The position numbers and the translations under genes were made by a program. A stretch of DNA of 64,000 bases, taken from assembly GCA_051294905.1 (NCBI GenBank), contig CM119376.1, positions 15,748,001-15,812,000 of the forward strand, written 5' to 3'. The notes beneath the pieces were generated by a model. The model ran no database searches, was not told the origin of the DNA, and saw nothing but the letters and a program-made list of their open reading frames with translations. This document shows positions 35,444 through 48,691 of this stretch, in pieces (positions within the stretch are counted from its first letter, which is position 1; each line of letters starts with the position of its first letter). The DNA is from Botryllus schlosseri (lineage: Eukaryota).

Positions 35444-37893
35444 AATAGAAGTTCGGTTCAAATCATTTGAAATTTCATGCTGGTGACGTCATATTTGCTG
35501 ATAGGATTGCTGATATACAATGTTCTATCAAACTCTCTACTAGTTGCTGGCGATTGCTCCTGACGAGTGCCAGCCGAAAATATTCGGTTTCATTTCAATA
35601 TGAATATAATCTTCTATTCAATAAATAGGTCTGTTTACAACAATCGGAAAATGCCAAATAGTGGTAATAAGAGACAGATGAGAGATCTGAATTCACACAA
35701 ATAGATATTCGTTCGATGGAACTTTCTATATGTGAACATGTTCGATGTTGCCGTCTGGAGCGATTATTTGCGTCAAAGTATTCATTACTAAAAATCTAAA
35801 CTTTTGTCAGCAATGTTCAGGATAATACAACAATTTTTCAATTTACTCAGAATTGCCTAGCGGGCCAGATGAAATCGTCTAACGCGCCGGATGCGGCCCG
35901 CGGGTCATATGTTTACCACGCCTGGCCTCTTTGATCAAACGGCCCTCAAGATTACCGTAGCACGAACTGACATATCGATCTAGCCTTACGTCACATGTCA
36001 CCTAATTTTGTCGCTTGTTTTTATATGTTTTCTTCTTTTACTTTTCATTCAGTGTGCATGTGCATGTGCAATTGTGCATCTTTAAATCGACTATAGGCCA
36101 TGTTCGGTGTCTGATTCCAAAGATTATACTCCAAGTCGTTTCGACACTTTCCTATATGTTTTCATTGTATCGTGTTTTTTTTTGAAATGATAAAATTAAT
36201 AATAAACTGATACTGATACTACTAACTGTATTAATCCCAAGATTATAACCCCAATGGCAAGATTTTGGAACAAAATAGTGCTAATTTCAACATGGGTATA
36301 AATGGACAGCGATATATTCCACCGTGTGAATTTTCTCGTGTGATTATATTGGGTGTGTGTCGCTTAGATGTACCGAAGAATTTATTTCGAGGAGGGATAT
36401 TAGCACATTGAAATCTACAACTTATTCTCCGGGGTTCATTATCAGAGACCCAGAGGGACGCAAACATAATTTCACAAATAGGTGTGTGGGTGTCACCGAG
36501 CATATTCTGTAGAGATAAAATATACTATGCTGGGAAGACCCTCGTCGCTCAACCCTTTAGTTGCCCTAGAGCATATATAGCATATATAACACCAATTTCT
36601 TTTTCACGAACGAGCCGTGCGGCACTTTGATTCGTATTGGATTTGTTATTGGGCGGGAATGCCTATACCCAATTTTGACCTAATCTTTAATACGAAGATC
36701 AACCGAATGCCGTCACAGGACTATGTTAGCCCCCAACAATACGTTTATCTCAGAATACCCCATCTGTTATCAACCAAACGAATGGGGGTCCCCTTCCTTC
36801 TTCGATCAATAGCATCACTGCCCAGATAGTATCAACGAGTCACAAAGGTAGTTGGCACTAGCTATATATTGATTTTCGGAATACTCGTGCATATAATATG
36901 GTGCCTGCTCCAATAGTTATGTATTTAGAATACTTTAACTTTTTCTTCGGGAGTTTTCAAACCCAATGAATTAATGTTCACACTTCAGAATTTTCGAAGT
37001 AGTAAATGATATTTCGGCACATTTACCTCACGTTCAAACCACATTTACACCCTGGACTGAAACAGCGCTTCGTCACCCCTCGAACGGGTGAGCAGCCTAA
37101 CTTCTGGGTGACTTTCTCCCAAATGCTCACCCCTTTACGATGGGCATTATCACCATTACTCGAAAGTGCAAGCTTTTTTATGGAAATAGCATTTGTCGTC
37201 TGGTAGCGAAAAGCGAGAATTGCGGACATCAATAGCCGGAAAGACTTAATTTTATGCTGAATAAGTCAGATACCTTTCGTATCGTTTACGACGTCGTCTC
37301 GTGGGGTTATCTTACACCGTTACGCACCCAGTATCGTAATCTAGGCACCTTTTCGACTTCATTTCTCGATCATCTCACCGACCCAGGGACGACCGACACT
37401 GCTCTTATTGTTGACCGTTCCCCATATTAATACAATAAAGTCCTCCGTCGCGCGCTTCATGAAGAAAAGGTGAGTGTTAGCCTGCATGATGTTTGGACGT
37501 GTCTGCGTGAGATATGTGCTCCCTTATCGGTAACAAATCTTTTGACGATGAAATTCGCTGAGTTGTGGTTGTTTTGCAGTATCCATGGCGTACGGTCATC
37601 GACACCAGGCCAATTTTACTTCGTTTTATTCCGTAGCTGTCGATTTGTAGCACGTCCCATTTCTAGGCTTTTAGAAGACACCGCTTGTACGGATGCGATG
37701 CGAAGGATAAGTTGAACGTGGAACTAGATGCCACGAGTACCGGGTAAAAGAAAGTAACGCGAGGATAAATGAATTTCCAATTTTGTCAGGAGTGTATCTT
37801 TGCATCTGCCAGTACCGTTCACGGGCTGTAATCGATTCACGGGCCGCGTGCCACGGTTATGTAGATCAGAAAAATATATAAATCTGAGTATAC

Positions 37894-39129
37894 CAGGGAT
37901 GTCTAGAGAAGGGCCGTAACAGCACTTCGTCAGCCCTCCCCCCCAAAACGTTGGTCTCGGGCCCCCATAGGGTGATAAACCGGACTTCTGGGGGGCTTCG
38001 CCCCCCAGACCCCCCTCAGCCTCTACGCTATTTCCGCTGTTTGTCATCTGGATTAACTGTGAGTAACACTGTCTCATCTAGCCGCGCCGAGCGCGAAATT
38101 TTTTTATAATTAATGATTGAGTCGGTCAATATGATCGAGAATTGCATATATATTGCTGTCAATTTTTATCCTCTCTCTGCTCACGTATTAAGATTTACTG
38201 GTAGAGCGGAGTGAGGTGTGTTTGAAAAGGTAGGACCACTCATCAATAATAATAATTAAACATATCCGGGCGTATACCTTTAGGAAGGAACGAAACAGTG
38301 CTTCGTCAGGCCCCAAAAGAACTTGGGTCTTGGGCTCCCATAGGGTGATAAACCGACTCTCCCCCTCCATCACGTTGTTCGCTTTTACCACGTAATTAGT
38401 TATATTATTCAGTGAGCACGCGCGAAGTGCGAAAATTTTCAATGATTCATTATAAAATCAGTCAATAAGATCGAGAATTGCATATATATTGCTATCAATT
38501 TCTTGTCCTCTCTGCTCGCGTAATCAGATTTACCGGTACAGCTGAGTGAGGTCTCTTGGAAACTGTAAGACCCGTAAATAATAATTAAACATCTTCGGGC
38601 GGGCGGACCCGGTGGTATGACTTCGTTACATGATGTTATTTCGTGACCTCCGCAATATCAAAAAATGTAGAATCGCATAAACGTACTAAACTATAACAGT
38701 CATTTAGGCGCCTATGGACATTGGACAATTAAACTTATATGTATCGGCATAAGCGCAGTACTTTTCGGCCAAGGTTTTCTCGCTGCCGATCGTTCTGGCC
38801 CATCTCTTGGAGTCGCATGTTACATAACCTAAAACTTCATATCTCGGTTTGACGTGGCGCGGTAATGACCAACGTCGGTATGCCCATTTCATAAACCTTG
38901 CGTATTTTTTCTTAGGTGAAGAGTACCCAACAATCAAGATATTTGGCAACCAGAAATCGCGCGGAGCGCGAAAATTTTTTGAAAAAGCTGCATAAATTTT
39001 CAAAAAATACTCTATAATTTTGCTAATTTACGAAATAATTTTGGGCCCCCTTCGAGCTCGGGCACCCCCCAATTGGGGGGTTTGGAGTGCGGCAGTTACG
39101 GTCCTGGTCTAGAGTTCTAGATATCCCTG
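37894..39129. mobile_element. 30-bp CAGGGAT mini element interrupted by a 1.2-kb hAT insertion
   Basis: Removing 37909-39114 restores cagggatgtctagagttctagatatccctg; flanks gagtatac / gcgtacac (6/8). Confidence 0.7.
37909..39106. mobile_element. Buster-type hAT element (CAGGACCGTAAC termini) with an internal ~190-bp duplication
   Basis: Ends aagggccgtaac / gttacggtcctg; perfect TSD gtctagag; internal direct repeat ~38085-38275 vs ~38415-38600; homologous to 62007-62553. Confidence 0.82.
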
Positions 39130-42100
39130 GCGTACACTGTATAAGTGTATATAGTTTGTAATGAACGACCCAGCCCAGAGAAATACTCATTTAAATAATG
39201 AGTTTGTGAATGGTATACGACACAAATTTGCGCGATATTGCTATCGGTTTTCGAGAGTATCAATAATCCTCACCACACGATACCGCTTATGTATTTCGAA
39301 GAAAGAAAATACGTCATGATGATAGCGAATGAAAGACGGATCATCGCTCATAGGTGCAAAAACACTTGTTCGAATATGAGAGTCCCTTCGAAAACCTATT
39401 GTCATCAATCCGTCGGCGGCGCGCACAATGGAATTCCTAATCGCTGTTTGATTTTCAAAAACACAAGTGCATAGTGACCCGTTGATGTTAGTCTTCTCGA
39501 TACAATAATATTTATTTTTAAAGCGCTTTCTTTCCAAACTATTCTCAAATACACATAGTGCTGGATCGTGACTGTAATTGCGAACTGGGCATCGTTAATA
39601 CGAGAATTGTTACGATGACGGAAGGACAGGTTCTTTTGCCGATAGATTAGACTGAGAATAGCGCAAGAGTTGATAATGGGCTGCTATACAACATCTACAT
39701 ATAGAGGCCTACTTTATGACGACTTAATCTGACCTTGTGTAGTGTGCATTGTTCAGGCCTCATTGGTAATGATGACTCATCGCGAAGAACGTATATTTTT
39801 ATACGTGCGAGTGATTCCATGATACCATTCTCACAATATGGTAATTTATTTTTCGGTCGAGTTAACCATATCATCCGTTGCGTTTTCCGGTTATGAATTC
39901 ATATTGTATAGTTTATATAATGCCTCTATAATATTATAATACTATTATCGCGGGCCTTATTGTAAAGTAGGTACCCATTCTGACGCTTCGCCTACAGTGA
40001 ATCTCTGACGCGCCTGGAGAGCATTTTCAAGTACAGTAAGCCTCCACTTATAACAGAAGCCGAACGTATACTTTCGCTTCCGCGGGCACGAAATAGATAG
40101 GACGACAATATCAACGATTATTATCTATACTCTATTGTTTCTGTTGCGTCACCCGCGTTATAAATATATATATATATATATCCAGTATCCACCCGAAAGA
40201 AGGGATCAAAAGTCAGGTGAGGTTTCGTGCCAGGTGTAGATCTCGGTAGTCGACGCTGAACTTTTAATCAAAAAAGCGCGGCGGGAGCGTAGCGCACGTA
40301 CCGGAAGGGATAGATAGCAGTCTTACACCAGAGTATACAATTTTACGTAGCTGAAACATAGCTTCCCGCTCCGCCGGAATTTTAATTGGCGAGTTATTGA
40401 CTTGAACAGTGAATGGTATCATCTGTATTTATATCAATTAATAACCCCTTCATCAATGTTGTTTTTGTTGACAACTTGTTGAACAGCGGCTACCTCGAGG
40501 CCGTATTTCATTTATTTTTACAGCGTAGCGCATCCCAGACATCACCATGCCCATGTGAGATGGATAGAATCACGTCAAGTGCTTCGTTACTTAGTATTTA
40601 CCCACTCATAACTATTCGTGATACACGCGATATGCATCGGTGGAAAGGCGTCGTTTTATAACCGTTTTCTTGCTGACACGGCGTGCCCTCAATTTGATGC
40701 ACTCAGAAGATTCTTGTTGATTAGTTAATCTGAACAGTGTGGTACACTGCGCAGTGCACACTGTAGCGATGTGTTCCCCCATCGCGTAAGAGTATTCGGT
40801 AATCTCGTCGCTCACCGGAGAAGTTTTAGGACCGATACTGTTCGTAAAAGCAAGAGGTAACATGTTTAATTGATGAGGACGATAAGAGCAGCGTGGTCGC
40901 GGCTAATACGAGTTTATTTGTGGGTTGGATTCATCAGTATCAGAAACAGTTTTGTAGAGGTTAGCTATTAGATTATGCTATTTTAGAACGTAATGGCAGA
41001 GATTTATTGAGTCTTGTGGGTATACTCGGAAAGTAGAAAGCACCCGCAACAGTGTACAGAACGAGATACGATCTTGAGGGCAGAGTGGGTGGGATATGCT
41101 AATTGTATGGGCTTGTACGCCGTTTATATTTCAGCTTTAATATCTTATAGTAGGTCTCATGCGAAGGATCGCAGCTCCAAACTTCTGAATATATTACATA
41201 TATACATATTTTCAAGATGTTCCAACTTGTAGAGATCCTGTCGTGAGATGTCTTCGGAGTAGTATATATTGCGGTAACTTGATTATAGGTGCTTTGCAGC
41301 TTGATTTACGGTTATGTGTGATTAGGTACTTTGTTCAACGTTTTGAGACCAATCTGTAAAATGGGGGGAATTTTACACCCACGAACAACACCGGTCGTCA
41401 TTCGCAGTCTTCACCGAAGGATATATCGTTATAGACTTCCGCGCTATCGGGTATCACGTATCATTGTAAATATTTTTATACAGTCGGGAGGAAATAGTGT
41501 CAAGAGGCGGTGTGTAGTCACGCCTATTTCTAGAGTTATAATTGCCTCATGGTTACTCTCACTATCTTATTCAGCAGAGTGGTTTCAAGTTGAAGCACCT
41601 TATTGTGCAATACATTGATGTGAAAATTCGCCATGAATATGAATAGCAACTCGAGACAATTCACGACGATATATTGTCGGAGTCACGCTCTTGAGTAAAT
41701 ATCCCCATTGCCATAGCGTGTGACGAAGCCCGTGTTATGATTTCTTGAGCATTAACGATCGGGTGAGGATACTTCAATAACAATCTCGACCCTTGACAAG
41801 GCCACAATGCTACTTGCTGCCAAGCCAAAAACATTCAAACGGGCATGTCCGCTCGAAAATGGTTTCAATTCAGCCGCAGACATCCGCATAGAAGTGTTTT
41901 CTAGTTGAATGGGTGCGCACTGGGCATTGGAATCGTAGATCTTGAAATAATCTATCAACTTCGAATCGAGGCATTGATAAATTCAATTGCCACTGATGAT
42001 TGAGTGAATTCATAATTTGAAGGCTGAGTTCAGGACGTCTCTCCATGTGTTCAAATACCATGATCAAATTGTGTAATAGGATCTGATTAATGTTTAAGAT

Positions 42101-42790
42101 TCCTGTTGGTGACAGGTCTTACTAACAGCGACTAATGACAGATGGATATTCATTATTATTTCATACTATTCAGCAACATGTGCGAGCAAACAATAGCATA
42201 TGGTTCGTCTTATCATATTGTAATTAAAGACTATTATGAATTTCTCTTAAACCGTTTAAGGATTAGCTTTGATAAGGAAATTAGGTGATGCGTGTGAACG
42301 AATCGAAGCAGTTTAAGATTGGTTGAAAATATGCATTATTTACCAGTAATTACCAGTAAAATTGACCAACCAATCATACGAAAATGCTTCGCCCTAAAAA
42401 TGATAGCATATTTTTATAATATGTGAACACTGAACAGTCAACTATTAATATAATGCTATATTGTTTTGCAGTAGCATTGCTGACATTCCGTTATCACAGA
42501 GGCATATCTGATACATATAGGCCTACCGGATGTAGATGACTAGTTTACTTTTCTATGTTTCATGGATCTTGGACGGAAAGAGAATATATGAATATGTATG
42601 CCTATTGCCTACTATTTCAATATCTATCCATGTACATTGTACAATTGTACATTTGTACAATGGTGAATTGTGTGTATACGTGCAATGGTTTGTTTAACGC
42701 ACTGCCAATAAGATAAATGAATTAGGAATTACCATGCGTCAACTACGTTCAAAGAAAGAAGTGATAGTTAGTCGCTTGAACCAGTTTAAC

Positions 42791-43094
42791 CGATCCAAGT
42801 TAATATTTTCTTAGTGACTAAATCCCGAACAAATGCCGATACTCGGGGTCAATGGACCGCTAGTTTATTATGGTTGAATAAATCTCGAAGAATCTATTGT
42901 GGTCGGGTTAAAAATTCTGAGTCAGCGCCCTATCTAATTCATTGATACGGATGTATTAAATTATCATCCTTGTTGAATTTCGCACAAGTGTAGGTAGGCG
43001 TGCTTAGCATTACAATCAAGACTAGTGGTCCATTGACCCCGAGTATTGGCATTTGTTCGGGATTTAGTCACTGAGAAAATATTAACTTGGATCG
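42791..43094. mobile_element. Long-TIR MITE/foldback element
   Basis: ~74-bp near-perfect inverted arms (42791-42864, 43021-43094) around a 156-bp spacer; no TSD recognised. Confidence 0.75.
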
Positions 43095-43807
43095 AGAGAT
43101 TATGGAGGCATTATCGTATAGCTTGTTGGTAAGTGAGACGATTTGTAGGGGGTTTCTTTTCTTGTTTAGGTAGGCTGTTGTAGAGCTTTTTGGCGCTACA
43201 GAACGTCGGCATAAAATTAAATATTATATTCATATTTAAATACACCTGGAAATTTTCGGCTGACACTCGTTTGGGGTAATCGTCAGCAACTAGTGGAGAA
43301 TTCGAAAGAACACTGTATATCAACAATGGTTTCGGGCTGTTGTATATAATTCAGTGGTGTGCATTGTGCAACCTTTGATGAGCTTGAGCAGAGGAAATTT
43401 GCGCGACCAGGGAAAAAGTTTCAATTGGAATGATGTGCGGCCCGCGGTGTGTGTCTCCAATTTAGTACAGTATGTCACGTTTGAGCTAAGCTCAAGTGAG
43501 CGGAGAGAAAAACCGATATCCATATGATGACTTCGAACATGTATATTATGACTGATCTTGTCGGATAACCTGCATTTTTTGTGCCTTCCCATCAGGTGAT
43601 CACGATTTTCATTTTTAGTCCTATACCGAATTTCGTGGATACGTTACGTCATCAGCGTTATTAATTTCTATAAGAATGCTTGTACCTGCAACTTCTGAAT
43701 GTATATAGAGATGAACCTCGATTTTACGGTAGTCCACTTCTCACTTTTCAATTTATCACCCTCTTTCTTCTCTCCCCTCTTAGTAATGAAAAATACCGAA
43801 TTTTGTA

Positions 43808-44040
43808 GTGACAGATAGCGTAGTGGTATAATGCATAGCTGCAACACCATAGTTGAAGGTTTATCTAGGGCCTACGCCCCTGCTCGTCATTTGATCCCGG
43901 AAAGCGATGTCTTATAAAAGAGTAGAAGTTGGCCATGCTACAAGTCGACAGCTACGGAATCATAATAGAGAACATCAGCGTGGTGTACATGAGCATCGAA
44001 GTCGAAAAACACCAGGAATACCACAAACAACAACAACAAC
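43808..44040 (+). mobile_element. tRNA-derived SINE, internally deleted copy
   Basis: Head gatagcgtagtggtataat..agctgcaacacca is shared with the 57145-57420 copy; B-box region missing; (aac)n tail. Confidence 0.7.
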
Positions 44041-44674
44041 TTAATTCCTCAAGTGTTTGTGTAAAAGATCAACTAGGAATGCGATATCAATGACATAAAA
44101 TATGTCAGGTAGGTCCCCCTGAAGATAGCTTTAAAATGATATGTTACATTCCAAATTTGGTTTTGACAAAATTACGTATGACTGGTTTTCGAAAATATTG
44201 GGTACTAAACCTGATTTTCACCCATGACCCCATACCATTAGGAAAAAGATTTTGAATTCAGCAACAAGAGCTTGTTCTATTCTATCATTAGGCACTATAA
44301 AATAGGTCTCAACCTCAACTACATGGTCACGCTGTTTTATGACCGAGTTTTGAATTGTCTACTACCAACGACTTGAAATAGTTTACTAGTAAAATTTTGC
44401 GGCACTACTCAAAACCCGCTAATCAGATGCAGACTACAAGAACATTACTGTATTTTATGATTTAACTGAGCTTTGGACTTCCTTCACTTCCCTAAAGACC
44501 TAAATCCACAGCTTAACAATGGTGATATATTACAGTATGTAGTGCATGTTAGCCCTAACCCTACCCTATACCCGCATTAGGGTTAATGGTCGATGATAGA
44601 GAAAATTTAGTGACCTTTTTGGAATCGGTCCGGTAAAACTATCCAAAAACAATAAAAAATATCAAGTTAAACAG

Positions 44675-44951
44675 CAGGGTTGTAACCATGCAACCCACGT
44701 TTTGCAAGTATACCGAGTGATATAAAATGGGTCGCATTTATAATATAGTAATTCTCCTCAGTCTTAACAGTTTCTGGCCCTCTTTTCCAAGTATCAGGAC
44801 TGGTACACGAAATACTAATAATGTGGTAACTTTACTCTTCTTCGCAGTTTCAATGAAATGTCTGTCTTGGCCGTCCTATGACTTGATTCGAGTCATGCAC
44901 AATGACAAGTCGAGTAACCAAAAAATCGCGACTCGAGTCATTACAATCCTG
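44675..44951. mobile_element. hAT MITE with gactcgagtc subterminal motifs
   Basis: Ends cagggttgtaa / ttacaatcctg; TSD ttaaacag / ttgaacag (7/8). Confidence 0.75.
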
Positions 44952-45296
44952 TTGAACAGAAATACACCAAAATTTATTGCGTGGTGAATTGATCGTATGA
45001 GCAGTCAGAACAAGCTGGATTTCGAGGCAAAAAGCGTGCTCTGACGTGTGTGATATAGGTTACCTCGTAATCTATAAGAACTCGGCACATTTGTAGATCT
45101 ATTCAGAATATCTGTGATCAGACGTAAAGTATCAATAAACAGATCTTCATGGACTCTTTATTTAACCGCAGATCACTCATAATTCGACTGCGCAATTCAT
45201 ATGAATTTTAAAGTCTGGTACCTGGTCTAACGTGACGGCATTGAGAACACCATCCGTATTGAGGAGTAAAGGCGGCAGCTGTAGAAATTTGACCGA

Positions 45297-48200
45297 ATGA
45301 AATCCCCTACATTCATGCCACGTTCACCCTTACCCGAGCACACGCCCGTCGATTCGACAGGGCACGGCATTTCGGTGGTCCGTCAAACTAGGATGCGCGA
45401 GGGAATATACGCGAAAGCTTCAGCTTACGCGAACAACGCCAACCGCCTCAACGCATCTACGAAGCAATACCGTGGAATCCTACTCCCTAAGCGAGACCCA
45501 ACCGTGTGGGGAGACGCTTCAAACCGGTACGCCCACAGCGGTCAGAATGAACTCAACGGCAATCACTCTTCGACGAACGTGGATGAAGTCGAATACATTC
45601 CTTCACGCAGTTTGGTTTTTCCCCCGGGCCAGGATCTTAACGCCCAGAAAAAGGGAAATACCGATATGCGCACATCCACCCGACAAGCAGCCACGAAGTC
45701 AAAATCAATTAATTTCTCGGATCCGTTGGAAATTGAAGAAGATCTTGAAGACCGTAACCTGGAAAAACATTCATGTGATGCTCCTCAAGCAACTCTCGGT
45801 ATTGGACAGTCGGAGTCGAATCGTTACCAGTCTGATTTATCCTTCAACACAACGCAGCAATTGAGGTCCGGCTTTTTTCGGTCCATCAAAAGGCAGTATT
45901 CTCCTATATTAACTCCGAAGCAAGGACCGATCGTGTCGAGTCAGTGCAGCACAGATTCCGAAATTAATACGTCGTGCTCTATCAGCAGCCAGCCAGACGA
46001 TGATGATCCGGCGATTATTGGCGATGACGAAGAATTGGAGGAATATGCGATGACCAAATTAGCCCGTCACAAACTAAATCAACTTAGGCGCAAAGGTGTG
46101 GAGAATGTCAGCGTTCCCACCGGGTTACAGTGGATTAGACTTGAATTGGTAAGTTAAAAACTTGCCATTGGCTGCGTTCACTCATTATTATTATTATTAT
46201 ATTTAAAAGCAACTTTAGTGACGCATATAGCAACTATGGTCTTTTGCGTCACGACATAACAGTTGCTGATCGAGTCGATATTGCGATAAGTAAATACAGT
46301 CAACTAAACATTTAGTACTGTCTCTTTGTCTTCGCAAGGAATTCCCACAGCAAAGGTAATATATAATCAGTAGTTAATATATTTTCCATGGTGAAGGGTC
46401 CTCTCAAGTCCACTGCGTTCACTTGGTTTGCATTTTATTTTGTCTCTCCTGTAGCAGCCATTGGCTTTTCACTGTTCAATGTTCAGTCAGCTTCGTTGTT
46501 TTTCAGCATGAAATGAGGGAACAAGACAAGTCTCTATTTCTGCAGCTGATAAAGTTGCATTCCGCAATCAAGGATCTGCGTGCCGACATGAGTGGAGACG
46601 AAGATTTTGACTCTTACGACGATTTGCATAGCGCGCAATCACTTTGGTGTAAGTATTGGCGATCAACCACGAACGTCAGTTGCATAAGCGTCGGTGGCCA
46701 GTAACGAAGTACTTCTAGGTTTTCGGAGTACTCAAATAGGATTTGCTTATTTTAAATTGGTTGTATTTTTCGACTACTTCCACTTCTACTTCAGATATTT
46801 TAGGCAAAACGATTATGTAAAATGCGAAGTAGTTTTGAGGTATGCTTGCATTTCTATTATGTGTGAAATATTCTTACCAAGAGAATAAGCAGCACCTGTA
46901 CAGCGATAACCGAATTTATTTTAGAAAATTGCATCAATTTTTAGTGCCATTTATAGCGCGATTTTTTTTTAACGTCAAAATAAATCAAAATTTCGCCAAA
47001 ATTGTAGCGTTAGGTCAAAAAATTGTCAAAATTGTTTACAGAGTAAAAATTTTTCAGCAGCCTGCATTTTGTTTTATTGTAGATGTTTGCACTGTCGGTG
47101 ACCTTATAATGCGACATTTCACAGCTTGTAGCCTGTCTGCTCATTGTGAATCATAAACGGTCAAATGAAACATACAGGTTGACATGCTGGTATGCTCAAC
47201 GTACCGCAATATCCTAACTGAAGCAAGGCTGCGTGGGCATTGGTTCTTATATCAAAAAGCGCATGATGAAAATTTGTGATGTAGACAACATTGAGAGAAC
47301 GAAGCAGCACGGTGTGTCTCCAGCAGTGTCCGCGCAACTTTAGTATTGCCAGCCAACAACTGCTGCTGTTGAACGTTCTTTTTATATATTCTTGGCAAGC
47401 TGCTTAGTAAGGATAGACACTTTATATCCGAGAATGTAGGGAAGTATCTTTCGTTGTACTACACACATTTTAATCATTTCTACGATAATGCGTGATGTAA
47501 CTACTGGAATTCTTCATAGGTCCAGATTTCGTTAAAATTGTGTTTTTTTCATGTAGAAATTTTGCAGTTTTCAAGTCAAAAAAGTTTTTTCATGACAAAC
47601 TAATTCGTAAGGATAGCCAGTTCCAACCAGAAATGAATATAAGTACCGGTAATACAATTCTAACATTATGTGCGAAAACACCACTTCATGTATAAATGAG
47701 GTCAAAATTTTGTCAAAATCAAGTTTTTAAGGTGAAAAAATGTCAAAATTCTGATTTTTGAGGTAAAAAAATCACCCTAGTCATTAATCATTTTGCGTTA
47801 CTCGCAAAGATGCGCCCAATGCAATATCATAGATATTCGCCTCCGATTAACTGCTAAATGTGTACGAACCTCGCCCGAATATGCTTTTTCAAATTTCTTA
47901 CTCGAGTATTCTTGAGACCTTCACTTTCTATTTCCACTTGCAGCAGCTTTGACATGTATTGGAAATCGTTACTAAGGCTTGTACTTCAGAACCAGCGATG
48001 ACTATTTTGACCACATCTGCATGTTATCTTATAAAACTGTAGTTAGCAGTCTGAAAGTATGTAACTTATTATAAGTTGCCTTGAGCTTCTGTATACACAG
48101 TATATTTTCAAACTATATTTGTTTGTATAGGGCCGCGGAGAGGACATAGCTTCAACACCCTTCCGGATTTCTCTTCATCAGACGGGGCTCAGTTATTTAG

Positions 48201-48333
48201 AGGGGGTAAATCCAAGACCCCGCTACGAAGAGGATTCTCCCTAAATTACCCAACAATATCGTCTCCTTCGAAGGGTAGTCCCGAATTACCCCCGAGGGAA
48301 GACACAATTCCATATTCCATCAACGATTCTTAG
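45297..48333 (+). CDS. FAM167: FAM167-family protein (DUF3259-like coiled coil) with long low-complexity N-terminus; 3 exons, 398 aa
   Basis: Exons 45297-46148, 46507-46648, 48131-48333 (phases 0,1). The spliced product GLQWIRLEL|HEMREQDKSLFLQLIKLHSAIKDLR matches the FAM167A core [31 protein letters not shown]. Exon 3 is an in-phase 67-codon frame containing RRGFSL, similar to the FAM167 terminal RRFSL; exon 3 is less certain. Confidence 0.75.
46954..47779. mobile_element. Non-autonomous hAT-like element (uninterrupted copy of the 5253-7411 family), in FAM167 intron 2
   Basis: Ends tagcgcgattttt / aaaaaatcacccta; flanks gccattta / gtcattaa (6/8); collinear with the 5k-7k copy. Confidence 0.8.
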
Positions 48334-48632
48334 CATTCAACACGTTTGGAAATCATTCCGTGAGATGCTGAAGAATTGTGTGCTGGGTGCCCTTACCGAA
48401 AATGTAGATTGTTTCGTATAGAAAGGTCAGGAATAGCAAACGAATCTTGGATACCAGACTTACATCGACATGAGTTACTCTTATCAAGGCCACTTCACTC
48501 GCCATCTGTATCGAGATTTGTGCATATACGGGTGGTGTGGAGTATGAAAAGCCTAATTCATACCCCAGAGCTTTGGTGCGAAACTGTATTCTTTCATCAC
48601 TTACGTTCCGAGCTTCCAACATGTGTGTTTTC

Positions 48633-48636
<4 letters not shown>

Positions 48637-48691
<55 letters not shown>
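48637..48691. repeat. (TG)n microsatellite in the FAM167 3' region
   Basis: About 27 TG units with one CG interruption. Confidence 0.95.

Noticed and set aside
35003-35461. Repetitive ORFs (MDITENGHHREW...)
   Set aside because: Translations of the 16-bp tandem arrays of the foldback element; also not CRISPR, as there are no unique spacers and no cas genes.
39949-39977. Possible fourth CGGGGCCTAC palindrome
   Set aside because: Arms heavily mismatched and no 7-bp flank duplication.
40612-42067. Small minus-strand ORFs suggesting an extra gene in the divergent interval
   Set aside because: No recognisable domain and no consistent exon chain.
44553-44590. Telomere-like ccctaaccct...ttagggtt
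   Set aside because: Only one or two units; not an interstitial telomeric array.
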